Below, piece by piece: positions 23,501 to 37,224 of a stretch of 64,000 nt of DNA. The notes below the pieces were generated by a model that was given only the letters and a program-made list of their open reading frames with translations, made no database searches and was not told the origin of the DNA. Position 1 is the first letter of the stretch. Every line of letters starts with the position of its first letter. The translations under genes were made by a program, and so were the position numbers. The stretch spans positions 14,207,675 to 14,271,674 of the forward strand of contig OZ037768.1 of the NCBI GenBank assembly GCA_964035545.1, given 5' to 3'. Source of the stretch: Bugula neritina. Lineage: Eukaryota; Animalia; Bryozoa.

Positions 23501-26500
23501 AGAATGCAAAAGTTTCACTATTAGTCATTTAAAGTAATAGATGTTTAGTAAGGGTGGCTGTAGAGTTTTACGCTCAAGACACTGAGCCTATCATGATATT
23601 TTACAGAGTTGCCATGTGCACCTTCTCATTGGCTTCATCATTTGCTGCTATCCTTCTACTCCCGGGCTCTGTTATTGGCAATGAGATTATACACCTTCAC
23701 TCTGGCAACTACTACGTCCAGTGGTTGACCAACTCTCTTGTACAAGGTCAGTAAATAGACACACACTAGCAACTATCCCTCACTTCAAACTTGCCCTAAG
23801 AGAACCACCTAATGGCAAATTTCCAGATAAAAAAATAATACTTTTTGAGTTGCTAAAACTTTCCAAAAACCTAAAAAAAACCTTATATACCAGAAAATAA
23901 TAAGGTGACTGTCAACCATTCATGGCTCGGTGCCTCGACTAGCTACAGTGCTATTGCGCCATAGGCCCTGTCATTTTGTTTATTTTTTCTCAATTAATTT
24001 TTTTCCGACTGCGACAAAATAAAAACAAACAAACAAACTTCAGTCAAACATCATTCATGGAGAGCTCACTATATGCTCCAGTCTAACTAATGAAAAAATT
24101 TCTTGAAAATTCTAGTAGTTTTGCGCAGTTATGCTCTTGAAATGTTGCACAGAACTCTCTAAAAATTTTCAAAGGCAAAGTTGTTTCTCAGTAATATTGT
24201 CGGTTAGGGGAATAAGAATAGTCTATAAGTCATTGCCATTGTTATGCACCGGTGTTGAGCGGTAAGACATAAACTCTCATGTTGGTGGAGATGGCTACTA
24301 GCATGCATTTTCTGTAATTTATTTCTCTGTTGGAGACTGCAACAAGATTGTTGCTCTCGGGTCTGCTTATCAAATACAATCTCAGTTTAGTAAGTCACAG
24401 TAAGTTTAGTAAGTCACAGTAAGTTGAGTAAGTCACAGTAAGTTGAGTAAGTCACAGTAACTTGAGTAACTCACAGTAACTTTAGTAACTCACAGTAACT
24501 TGAGTAACTCACAGTAACTTGAGTAACTCACAGTAACTTTAGTAACTCACAGTAACTTGAGTAACTCACAGTAACTTGAGTAACTCACAGTAACTTGAGT
24601 AACTCACAGTAACTTGAGTAACTCACAGTAACTTGAGTAACTCACAGTAACTTGAGTAACTCACAGTAACTTGAGTAACTCACAGTAAGTTGAGTAAGTC
24701 ACAGTAAGTTAAGTAAGTGAAATATGCAGTGTATTATTGGTACCATCTCTTCATGTTATGTTGCAGGTTTATGGAACAAAGTATTTCTCTGCTCAAATCT
24801 ATCTCTCTTTATATTCCTACCCTTCACTTATTTATTCATGGAGTCCTCCGGGTTTTCTGGCTCCAGACAGGTAAACAGATTAACGGTGCTGTAGAGGCAA
24901 TACTTTTTACGCTTACTCTGTGATTATATAATACTTGCAGCTAATGGCTTGCATCATTTTAGTTGTGTAAGAGTCCTTATCATACTAATGTGTGTAGATT
25001 GGCAGGTAGTGAATGAACGAATCTCTTTACATTATTATACCATCTGCCCTTTAGCCTTTACCAGCTGTTAGTGTTTAGAATTAGATGAGCAAGGTCCAAC
25101 TTATACATAGCATAGGCCATAGATAGTGTAGATATTGGAGTATGAAAAGAATACTGTTAAGTCTGTTATTATGTATATTGGTTAGAAAATTACTCAGAAG
25201 TAACTTGTTTCAGGGGGTGATGTCGCGTATCAAGGAAACCATTGTTATGTTGTTCCTTCTAGTGGTGCTAGTCAATTGTGTCGCCTGGCTTCTCTCCTCT
25301 ATGCTTGGTGGTATCAAGCTGAGCCAAGAGAATATTCTCGGTACGTCCTCTCATTACATTAGCATATGGAAAGTTCGTAATGATCACTCACTTGGCCGTC
25401 TAAATTACATTTGAAAATAGCACAAATTGCTGCAATATTTACATGTATGTTGCAGAGGCTTGGACCTTCTATTTACCCTACCTCTATTCATGTATGTCTA
25501 TCTTCGGAGTTTCAGTGCTACTGTGTAAGTAACTATTCACTTTTGTGTCTGCCTACCTTTAACTACTACACACATTCCACATGCCCCACTTTTAGGGACA
25601 TTGGCCTGTTTAACCAGCTTACAATCAAGTGACCTGGTTTACAGCACCTATTAATTACATGTAAAGTGGAAACTTGTTCTGGTGTCAACCCATCATTGCA
25701 TATGCTATACAATGATGGGTTGAATGGAATGTATCAACATCTTCTATTGTTAGTTCATCAAGGTTGTTGTTGATGCTGTTATTGTTATTGTACTTGTGAA
25801 GTTTCTGATAGAATAGATTTGTAACATTAGGCCAAAGTTTTCATGTGCAGTAATACAGTAATAGCATGCTTTATTCTTTATCTCATCTTTGTGACTCTTG
25901 GTTCAGGCGAGTTTGAAAATATATTTGATTGTGAAAACCACTAATGAGGGTTAGATATTAAGCAAGGTTCAAAATCAACAACCTACACATGTGATGTTTC
26001 AAATAATATATACATAATGGCAATTAACAACACTCTTCTCCTAAACATGATCTTATTTACTAGATAATGACGGTTCAACAAATATAAACACCTAAATATT
26101 CCAAAAATTCTTTTACAAACCGATTTGAAAAATAAAATATAAATTATAATTACAGTATATAGCTGAAGAATCACTTGTAATCAATATGATTGTATAACAT
26201 TAAACACTGCATGATTCAATTTGTAAATATTAATATGAATTTACCAGCTCTGTTTGTTCAATTGTTTGGTTTTTAGTTCTGTTTTTAATTAGCACCTCTT
26301 ATGAATTGTTGAATTCTCATAATTTCTGCTTGTTTTTAGTTTTCACTCCAGTTGGGTTTAGTATACTCTTTACAGAAGTTGGCAAGTTCGTGATGAAGCC
26401 ACAGGTAAGCCAGGGTTTATGTCCTTTCATTTGGTACATCTTCTAATCCTTCCATTCCAGTGCTGGCCTTTCTATTATATTATATACTGCTATTATACTG

Positions 26501-29500
26501 TTGTGTGCTGACAGCATTAATCACCTGTTATTTGCTGGCATTAATGCTAGTGTCATCTAATTGGTTGCCTTGCTATCAAATTTCAACAACAGAACAATTG
26601 CTGTTTTCTTAAAATTCAGAGTCACATGATCTGCTATTAGCAGCAGCAGTTGATTCGAAGAAATGGATTAGCAGTGCTGTTGTAATGTTGGGTGATGAGC
26701 ATAACACGCTAAGCTTGTTGGGACAAGCCTGTATAACAGCAGTTTGATAGTCTCAGAAATGTGTTATTGGTATTTCTATCAATAAATTAATAATGCAGCA
26801 AGATCAACAAAATTGGATAAAGTGGAACAGATAGAATTTATATTATTTATAGTTTGGTTTGATTTGTTGCAGTTTTTTTGTAACATTGATGATGAGTTGT
26901 ATACTGCCCAGTTTGAAGAAGCCAGTTTACACAGGAAGCTGTTAGGTATGTACCTAGTACTCGTATATTACATCACAGCGAACCATCAACCAGTTGTCCA
27001 GCCGTTCTGTCCAACTAATCTCCATGTTGCCCTCCATATACATATCTAGCTGTATTGCAGGTCTTGTTTCCAGTGTACGTCTTGTTTCCAGTGTACCTTC
27101 TTTTTTCCATATCAACAGACTAAAGGAATCAAGCATCTTATATACTGATACTGGATTTTGTATAGTTACCGTCTCCTTAGTTATAGGTCGTAGTTGCTGC
27201 TACCCTGCTCTTATATACTTTATGTATTTACTAAGGAGTTAGGCTGACCATTGTCTTTCACTCAGTGGCTCTGCTGTGCATTGCTCTTTGCAAAACACTA
27301 TTAGTCTTTTAACAAATTTCTAGTGTTCTTAGCTTGGTTCATATTTGTAATATTCCAGATCTAAATACAATTTTGTTTCATGCAACTGTTTTTTTTTCTC
27401 TAAATTATGTCATATGTGTAAGGGTTTGGTAGGATTCTGTACTCTTGTAGCAATGAATGTCTCAACCTATATTTTAACATGTGTTAAGATATGTATACCA
27501 GGTCAACAGCTACAATGTTGTGCTCCAGGAAATTGTATAAGCACATCTAAATATGTATCAATAGGAAAAAATAATAACCAGAATTATGGATAACTGAATA
27601 TAAAAGAGGGGAAAGTCATTCCTAGGGTAATAAACATGTTATAAAAATGTCAACTTCTCAGAACTGTGTGTTTGGTTTACTCTCTAAGTTTAAACATATC
27701 TGTCACACAGTCTCAGCACTCTGGCACATGGTCACAGTACTCTGTCTCACAGTCACAGTACTTCTAGAGTACTCATCACTGATACTGTCAGTTAATTCAG
27801 CACTAATATACCTAGTATTGGCAACTAGATTCGGCTTAGTGATGCTTTTCTGAATTCTGGTTTTGTTTTAGCTCACCTTCCACCTGATGGTTCTGGTCAG
27901 TTGGTCAACGGTGCAATTGATATCCACCGTAAACTGGGAGAAGTACAGAAAGATAAGGCTAAGTTGGGTAAGTCTCATTGGTCACAAGTAGAATGTTGTG
28001 GAGAAGTTAGCTGCAGAGGAGAAAGTGGCATGTATTCAACGAAGTTTGATTGCACCACTTTACTGCAGTCTGCCGTTAATTTGGTCTCAGAAGCAGATCT
28101 AGCAACTGTTGACACTATTACATTATAATATAAATGCTATTGGAGAAATGTATTCAAGACAGGTGGTATGTTATATACTGGTCTCAAAGCTGGTCCCAGT
28201 GGTTAAAGGATTGCTCTATCTTAGTTTATTACAATCACATTATAATTATGAACTATAATCTAATGTGTATGCAAACAATTGTGACTTTGCAAAGGGATAT
28301 GTGCCTAGAAAACAGCTTTTCAAAATTCCAATTTTGAGGGAGGTAAAATTTTCAGCCATGAAAAAGAATAGCCTAATACGTGACGTGTGAACGCCAGTAA
28401 CTATGCTGCACGTGCTAACTATAACGCTAGTATTCAAGGTTGCTGAGCGCAACATCAACCAATAACGCTCAAGCAGTTACAGTGCGCTATATAGGTCAGC
28501 TTTGGTGCGCCCGTAATATTGCACAATCTGACCTAGTTTAGATCGATCGCAGGCATTCATTTTAAAAAATGCATGTTTTTGCAATGCTTTTTTCTATGTT
28601 TACAAGCAAAATATGGCCTAATGTTATCACATACATGTTATTTAACATGTCAAAAAACTATAGATTGAGATAATTCACATTTGCACTTCTATAAATATAC
28701 AAATTACGAGCTGAAAGATCACATCTCACAGTCATATTTCTATAGTTATTCATTTGTATAGTCACGTGACCAGCAGGAATGCTGGCGCTGTTATGTCACA
28801 TTTCCCAGCTCATTTCAAAATCGGCGTTTTGGCTGTTACCAATCTACACCCTCAACTTCAACTAACTTTTTCTACCTTTGGTCAAATGCTTTTTGTCAAT
28901 GCATGCTTAGAAAAACACAATATTATGTGTGTTTGACCTAAATGGCCATTTATTAGACAAGATAGAGCAATCCTTTAAGTAATAGTGTAGAGTGTAGACT
29001 GTAGAGTTTGGATTCTCTGTTTCCATTAACTGGAGTGCTTTTTGAGACTAGCCACTCAAATCTACATTGTATGAGTTCATGTATAAAAACTGCATTAACA
29101 ATGGTGGTATCAAATTCACCAGGTTTTTAGAGCTTTGTGTTGGGACAAGTTTTTAGTTGAAAATTGCAAGCAAAATGGGTTATATATTTTTATCTTTTGA
29201 ATAATAGGATGAAACTAAGAAAAAAGAATGCATTTAATATATGAATTAAGTTTAAATTCAATTGATTTCAAATGCCGTGAAGAAGTTAGCAGTGAAGATA
29301 GAGTGTCTATTTCCTACTGGTTCTCTTCATGTGTTGATAATTTATAAAATATCTTATATGCAACTTTTTGAATTGCTTTGTTGTGACTAGGTAACTTGCT
29401 TAATTGATGATATTTTTCATTTTACAGAGAAAAAGAAAAAAGCTTCTACCATTATCAGAAATTTGAGTTATCCAATGGCCATGTTGCTGCTGTCTGTGTT

Positions 29501-30323
29501 AACTGCTGCCGCTATCATAATGGTTGGATTGAATATTTTGGAAATTGTGTTTGATAGAAAAGCTCTGCCTGCAGAAAGTACTGTAAGTGTGAAATTTTAT
29601 CCATTGTAAGGTTTGTTGGTATATAATTAGCAGCGCTGAAAAGTTAGTACATTGGATGGAAAACTATGCATCTGCTACCTTCACAACAATTCCCATTCTC
29701 TTGATGCTGCTACAGCCTGTCCATTTTCTCTCCATTAGTCAATATGCTGAGGTTGTTTTTCAGGATGTAGTGTTAGGTAAGACCTCTCTATCAACCTTTG
29801 GATATGTTGGGGCCCTCATCGAAATAGTCATTATATTCTACATTCTCATCGCCTCACTGGCTGGCCTATATTCAATAATACCCATCAGCTTGAGGCCAAG
29901 GAAGAACGACACAGATATGACTAAAGTCGTATACAACTGTGCCATACTGCTAATACTCAGCTCTGCTCTGCCAGTTCTCTGTCGGATTCTGGGTAAGATA
30001 TTGCATCACATTACAAATATTTACTTCCAACTTAGACTTTCCTTTAAGGGTATGTTTTGCAAGCTTTTATAGAATTATTCTTTACCCTCGCAGGTATATC
30101 AAATTTTGATCTTCACGGAAACTTTGGTCGTCAGAGTTGGTTAGCCTACTTCTATCTCATACTCGCCTACAACGCACTGTTTGAGTTCATGGCTACGGCA
30201 TGCCTGGTGAAGAAGTTTTCTGCCCCCATGAGACAAGCCATGTACAGCAAAGTCATTCAGGCATTCATCGGTGAGCCGAACTCTCAAACCCCAGCAATGT
30301 CGGACTCTCGATATTTTGACTGA
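18906..30323 (+). CDS. LMBR1: Limb region 1 homolog, LMBR1-family multi-pass membrane protein, ~493 aa, 13 coding exons
   Basis: Exons 18906-18971, 22100-22193, 23177-23210, 23607-23746, 24767-24870, 25214-25340, 25456-25524, 26340-26404, 26873-26945, 27872-27967, 29428-29582, 29764-29992, 30094-30323; all GT-AG, continuous frame (1482 nt). Motifs NYYVQWL.NSL, FYLPYLYSC, SLSTFGYVGA.IEI, LSSALPV match LMBR1/LMBR1L. Confidence 0.95.
20416..20502. repeat. (TA)n microsatellite in LMBR1 intron 1
   Basis: Direct reading. Confidence 0.99.
21127..21504. mobile_element. PIF/Harbinger-type MITE in LMBR1 intron 1
   Basis: Imperfect ~35-bp TIRs (AGGCATGGCCACACACTCGTGAGAATCACATGAAA vs reverse-complemented AGGTTTAGCCTCATGCTCGTGAGAATCACACGAAA); TTA TSD at 21124-21126 and 21505-21507. 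Confidence 0.85.
22557..22824. mobile_element. Short MITE in LMBR1 intron 2, related to the element at 32744-33369
   Basis: Termini CCCACTATTCACACTTAC and GTAAGTGTGAATGAGGGG; its left ~50 bp resemble the TIR of 32744-33369 (..TACGCCGTAACAGCAAAT..). Flanks TTA and AAA do not match exactly. Confidence 0.7.
24384..24718. repeat. 19-bp minisatellite, ~17.5 copies, LMBR1 intron 4
   Basis: Unit AGTAACTCACAGTAACTTG with AGTAAGTCAC variants at both ends. Confidence 0.97.
28207..28974. mobile_element. Kolobok-type non-autonomous DNA transposon in LMBR1 intron 10
   Basis: Perfect 16-bp TIR AGGATTGCTCTATCTT; TTAA TSD at 28203-28206 and 28975-28978. Purine-purine termini with TTAA fit Kolobok rather than piggyBac. 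Confidence 0.85.
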
Positions 30324-32743
30324 GCCGGCCTTTGCCGAAACTAGACTTGACTTTTTCAGTATCACAGCAACTCTTTTTTAAACTTATGTTGGCTCTCACC
30401 AGTCATTAGATTCAATAGGTTGCATTTTAATATATGTATTTGGTGTACCTCAGTCATCACTGTATTTTCCATGCATGCAACTTCATACATATGCACTGTT
30501 TTTCTAACACTGAGAGACAATTTTTATTGCTGCAAGTGAAAATTGTATTAGCTTCCGTCATTGTAAATATCTACATAATATTATTATATCTGGAGTTGTG
30601 AGTTAACTTATAAACTAGAAATATTATTTTTAGATGCTTGTTGACAAATGGATATTTCATATTTACTAAATAAGTAATTTATTCACACTTAGGACTGGGC
30701 TATCTTAGTCAGGATTGTCAATCACATGTTGTGTCACAGTTATTTATATTCATCAATCATAATAGTACCATATCATTTGCTCAATTATGTTTTATTCAAG
30801 TAACTAGTCCAGTCACTACAGGTGCGCATGCCCGCTGTATTTATTTAGTGAGCATGTTGTAAAAGAGAAGACAATTCTGTAAACTACATTAATCTGGTCT
30901 TTATTTCTTTATATGTTAATAAGACAAGTCTTCACTGGCTGATTGTATTTATTTTTTCTGTATATATGTGGTTAGTGTTGTACATTACAGGATGAGATGG
31001 ATTATTTTATGATGTCTGTTTTTGCACAATAATAATGCTGCTAGTGACATAAATAAATGTTAATTTTTATCTGTTGTAGTATTGGCTTTATCTTTGCTTT
31101 GCTATTTAAGTTAATTCATCACCATACAAATGGCAACAACCCCTTGAGTCTTTTATCAATTTCCTCTTCATGCCAGGTCTTAATTTCACTGCAATTAGTG
31201 CATATTTCAGTAGAGAAAATAAATGTTAGCCAGAATATAGTTCATAACTGTAGTTAAAAAATTAAAAAATAGCATGTTCAGAGAGTTAGATTTTAGTGCC
31301 AGCTCATTACACTTAAACGCTATTTTAATATATGATTTAATTACAAATTCCTATATTTCTGTTAGAAATACTTCTTAACAGTTTTAGTTTATGCACTAAA
31401 CACATGCATTATTTTGTAAGAAAGCTGGCATAAATATTTTAGATTTTACTGAAATATTCAACTGGTGTTATCAACTAAAATAGCTATGTATTGAGATTTT
31501 AAAGTAAAAGAACATTTGCTTAAAACATTTATATTTGGCTTAATGGAGACCGCCATGTGCATGATATACTATAATACTACTATATCATAATCAGACTTGG
31601 CTTAGTGAACAGTTAGAGTTGACTTACTGGAGTCTGGTGTTGGCCAGTACCATTGAGTGACATAAAGTGAACAGAAACTGAGCTGCTGCTATAGCAGTTC
31701 CAGTTGACAAAAACATCCCTAAAGTTAGTAGAATTTCACCGAAATGTTGCGGAGACGCAGTGTAGTTGAAAAGCCAGCCTGTAGAAGAAAGTAGTCACTA
31801 ACTCTTAGAATATACTTTTGTACAGTTACCTAGTGCTGTTAAAATTTGAATTTTGCATTGCAAAGTCAGCATTTTTAAAACCGTGTCACTTAAAGATTAT
31901 ATATCTAAATAATATATCTGTTATAATATTACATTAAGATCATCAAACTTGAAGGTATGATGTTTATTTCATGCTTTTGCAAGCAGCATTATTATAATAT
32001 TATGCTTCTAGGATTATCAATATTTTCTATCTTGATCAAAAGTAATATTCTTTCACAGCTCTTAATTCTGCAAGTTGCTGATAGATGAAACTGATCAGTT
32101 TATAATTGAATACTGGCTTGAACAACAAGAGATGATGGCATGTAATAAATCTTTTCCGTCAACACCTAGCAATACACTGTGTCTCCCTAAATCTATGCAG
32201 GTTTTTTGCAAAGTACTTACTCAACAATGAAATGTTTAGGGTGACTTCAAGGCATATCTATAAGCGAAGCAGCTACTTGTATACTTGTATATATTTTGTT
32301 GATAACCTATATTTAAGGGTAGAACCAAATTAGATGATGCTACATTGGCTGTGGAGCCAAATGTTAATGCTTACCTTTCACATATGGAAACTGAGTCTTA
32401 GAAACCAGCTCTGCCATTTTTTGCTGATATTCATGAAACAGATAAATACAGATACCAGTCCCATAGAGCACAACTCCTAAAAGTGAGCTAACGTTAATTT
32501 TCTCCAAAACGATTTGCTTTTAGGTATGAGTTCAGTAAACATGAAAATATAAATTATAAGCAGTGGTGGAGGTTGCGTACTGATTGGTTGTTTTGTAGAT
32601 ACACCATCCTATAAAACCCTTATATAGTTATAGAGTATATACATGTATGGTAAATACTGCAGATGTAGTAACAGAAAGGCCAGAATACAGCACAATAATA
32701 ATTTGCATTTTATATAACAATCATGCATGTAGCTGCACTGAAA

Positions 32744-33369
32744 CCCGCTGTTCACACATTGCCGTGCCGTACGCCGTAACAGCACAAACACAATGGCGCC
32801 ACTGTTACGTTTTGTCAACAGGCATTCACACACTGTCAAAAAGTACAACGCATGACGTTGTGCTTTGACCAATCAATCAACACTTTCACCAAGTCTGCGG
32901 TGACTTGTACGCCTTAGGATATTATTCACAGATTATTCGCAACATTCTTTTCAAAAGATGATATATAAAAGCAAATAAAAGAAAACAATCTTTTTTTAAA
33001 TATATGTGTCATTAAAATAAATTGTGCAAACTAATTTGAATAATAAATATTTTAGCCATCCAAATAATTTTTAAGTTTTTGATTTGCGTGCTTTTGTGAT
33101 TAGGGAAAACTAGATTTTTTAATTTTTTAAAACTTTTGAATTGGTTAAATTAAATCAACAATAAGCGATTAAAATAAACTAGAGAAAATGTTCTTTAAAT
33201 TTTAGTACCAGATCAACTTTACCCAATGGGAGCCCGCCGTGATTTTTTTAATCAAGCACTGCTTGATCAACGCCGCAGCGTAAGCGGGGTACGATTCAGT
33301 CCGGATGTTACCAAAGATGGCAGACATTTGCTGTTACGGCGTATGGTACGGCAATGTGTGAACAGGGGG
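32744..33369. mobile_element. MITE with ~40-bp TIRs, probably PIF/Harbinger-like
   Basis: CCCGCTGTTCACACATTGCCGTGCCGTACGCCGTAACAGCA vs reverse-complemented CCCCCTGTTCACACATTGCCGTACCATACGCCGTAACAGCA; AAA on both flanks. Confidence 0.8.
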
Positions 33370-33869
33370 AAACATGCATGCAACGAAACTGTCTCACTAT
33401 AAGTAAAAAGTAAGAGAACAAGTGAATGTCAGGTTTACCAATAATGTGAGCCACCTTTTCAAACATTGACCTGTGATCATAGTTTTCCAGATAACAGAGG
33501 CTTGCCGACTAAAAAATTTAAAGCTTACGATGAATACTTGTAGATAGTAAACATATAAGATAGTATTTAAGAATTTAGCCTTCAGCAAATTAGTTTGGTT
33601 TAAGTGTAGCTGTGTAGATATGCATAACTTACAGTGTTTTCTTTTAAAAAAGTTTTAGCAATATGCCCTTTTGTTACAATATTTTGACAATAATTATAAG
33701 TTATGAGGTCTAAATTGTTTACTCACTTGACAATAAGCAAATATAATATTCAGTGTATATTCTACCAGAACCTCACTGATGTTTACACTACATCCACTAA
33801 CAGAAACTCCAATTGCTAGCCTATAAAAAATTATTCTTGCACTGTAATGCTCCAACATCATCACACTGA

Positions 33870-34360
<491 letters not shown>

Positions 34361-34900
34361 GAAAATGCATGCAACATAATTATGGTATAATAGTACACTT
34401 CACAACTAGTTGCATCATTAAGATTTCAAAACTTTCCCTAATTTTTGCCAAAGAAAGTTTTGACATGGTCTATAATTTATTAATGCATAATAGCATCAGC
34501 TCACCTGACCACATAATATCCAATGAAGTAGAGAAGCAGCATGAAATTAGAATACTTCATAGTGAAAATATACATTATGATGGGGATAACAACTCCTGGT
34601 AAGTTTATTACAATTGCTGATAGTCTTTTAGGTACTTGTTTCTAAAAACACCAAAATGATTTCATTGGCTTCATATGGCTTGAAGAAATTACAGACAAAT
34701 TTGAATCTTTAATAATAAGCGGAGGTAGCTGATGAGCAGGTTCAGCATATCACTGAATTGTCAATTATAGAGTAAATTGTTTACTATTGTTTATTACCTA
34801 AGCATTTACATACACTAATCAAGAACAGTGGATTTATGACACAGACACACACACTCACTCGCACGCACACACGCCCGCACTCACTCGAACATGCACGCAC

Positions 34901-35103
34901 TCTACCGGGCTCGTTGTGCCAAAAAACTTGCAGCCATAAAATTAGGCCCTATCTTAGTAAGTAAAATGTTTATGCATTTAGTTTTGATGGACAAAGGCAG
35001 CACCATATGACTGACTTTCCTGCAGGATGGTGCTGGTCTTTAGATTAGCAGAAAAATTCTTCAAAAACGTTATTTTTTTCGTTCAACAAGCCTCACCCTC
35101 CAC
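34901..35103. mobile_element. Right-end fragment of the TIR family seen at 7305-8658
   Basis: Aligns by eye with about 8438-8646 (TCTACCGG..TTGTGCCAAAAAACTT..GTAAAATGTTTAT..CATATGACT..GTCTTTAGATT..GTTCAAC); ends at TA. Confidence 0.8.
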
Positions 35104-37224
35104 TATATATAATATATATTTTATAGTAGGAGTATTTGTAAATACAAATAATGGATATTAGTTCCATAAAAATTAAGGGTTTATGACCTACCTTTGGAAA
35201 TATTAATTTTGGTTTTTAAAATAGCCAAATATACTAAAATTGTTGTTAATAATTTTATTACAAGGGTAAATATCTTTGTTAGAAATCTTGTAGATTAAAC
35301 TATTACCTTGCAAAATAGTTTTCATATCTTTAATTTAGCAAAGCATCAAGGTTATTTTTACAACAAACAATGGCAATATATGACAACTTAAGAGAAATAA
35401 AGTAACAGATGTATGGCTTTGTCATATTAATTTATATGATCCTTGCTTGTTTCTTTAATGACCAGCACGCAGTTCATGCATGTTATAATTTATACATTGT
35501 CTACAATAACTTGTAAAGAGTATTTTACAAATTACATTACAGTTCACCAATCAGTAACCATGTTAGGAAGTATTCAAAACCCACGTTGTATTGTAGGAAA
35601 TGGTAGATCGCTGCCAAATGTATTTCTAATACTCCTAAAACATGCAATATCAGAGCAACGGCACCATGCTCTGAACTTTAGAGTTCAAAAAGAATGTCTT
35701 ACATTGAGAAAATTAGGAAGTCTATTTGCATAGCCTGCTATAAGCACTCCAGAAAAACTTTCCTCTAGGTAATGGAGTAGTCCTCTCCTTAGTATTATTA
35801 ATGAGTATAGTACCACTGCAATTGACAGTATAGCCACAGTGTCACCTGTAGTGACCATTGACTGAATATACCTCTTTTCATCATACCATGGGGCAAACAT
35901 TCTTTTTTTATTTTTTCTTACTATTTCTACAAAATAGTTAATAGCTACTACACTAAAAATAGTGGGGCATTATTGTAAACACAAATTACTGATTAATAAC
36001 CTTCTACGAGGTTTGAGAGAAAAACCGAAGTAGATAGCCTTTAAAGAAGACCTATATTTTATGTCTAATTATATACAAGTAAAGTTATCAGCAATTGCAA
36101 AAGAATACACATATCGAACAGTCATACAATATTATTCTAGTCTACATGACAGTTATCCTCCAACTGAGGCTGGGCGCCGAAAGCGCAGTTTATATCTGAA
36201 GGGTTAGCTCTGATTGGCCAGTGGGGGTTCCGGTAGTGCTAACCGTAATGAGTGCGGTGCGGTGCCGCATGGAGATGCGGCATTGCTAACAGAGTTATCG
36301 TCTCTTGGAACTTTTACAATATAATATCACGTCTTCTGTTGCAGGTATTTCATACATGGAAGGTTGGGGGGGGGGCAATACTTCCGACAGCCACTACAGT
36401 ATTGTCACCGCCTTGTGATGGGAGTTACAAGATGGGCTATAGAAGCCCTTCAGATTGAAACTATGCTAGCAATACCTCTTAAGGTTCACAAGAAATAACA
36501 ATTTATGCTTTTATGTATAACCCTGCCGGAGTGTGCTTTTATCACCATGAGCCAGCCACTAAACAATAGCTGGTTCATTATTCAAAATTTAAATTAGGCC
36601 CAAATTATGCACTGCAAAAGTTGCTGCATAAATGATTATTAAATATTAATTTTATATCCATTGACAATCACACATGTATCCTGCTTCACAAAAACAAGAA
36701 GATTCTAAGAAAGTGCTTTATCAACAGCAGCATCAATAAACCACCAAAATATACTGTAGCATTTCGATGCAAGTTATCATGAATCATAAAAAAAACTTTC
36801 TAATTTCAATGTCGCAACTTATTAGAAAACTTGTTTTTCCATAATTCTAGCTGATGTTGCCATCTGCACTATACATTCAACTCACCCTTGAAATTTTCAA
36901 CAGACTAGCTGCCTATTAGAGTCCAACTTAAACTATGATGTGCATAGTGTTTAGCACCTTCTGTCAACAATGGTTGCTAAACCATATCAACCAATTGGCC
37001 TATAAATTATTTATCATCACTTGTTACTAACAGTATTACTTATTAGTAACAGCAATTACTCAAATTATTGTTTTCTAAACTTTTTTACCGGGTTAACACT
37101 GCCAGATGCCATGAAAATATATTATAACAATAAAAAGTGAATGATGAGAATATTATAATACAATTTATTAATAGATAGCACTTTAAATACAAGCAAATGA
37201 ATAACAATTACAGGTTTAAATGAC

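Noticed and set aside
24384-24718. CRISPR-like appearance of regular repeats (also 54565-54806)
   Set aside because: Head-to-tail units with no unique spacers, in eukaryotic introns, with no cas genes.
24871-25213. ZRS-like hedgehog enhancer in LMBR1 intron 5
   Set aside because: The intron is only 343 bp, I recognise no ZRS similarity, and no hedgehog gene is in the window.
34729-34760. Other CTGATGA motifs (about 34729, 4817, 50011) as hammerheads
   Set aside because: No stem II followed by GAAA and no stem I or III pairing.
36200-36250. Telomerase template-like CTAACCCT (minus strand) and CTAACCGTAA (plus strand)
   Set aside because: Wrong position or sequence relative to the fold, with no recognisable pseudoknot or H/ACA domain; the region is kept only as an unexplained structured island.
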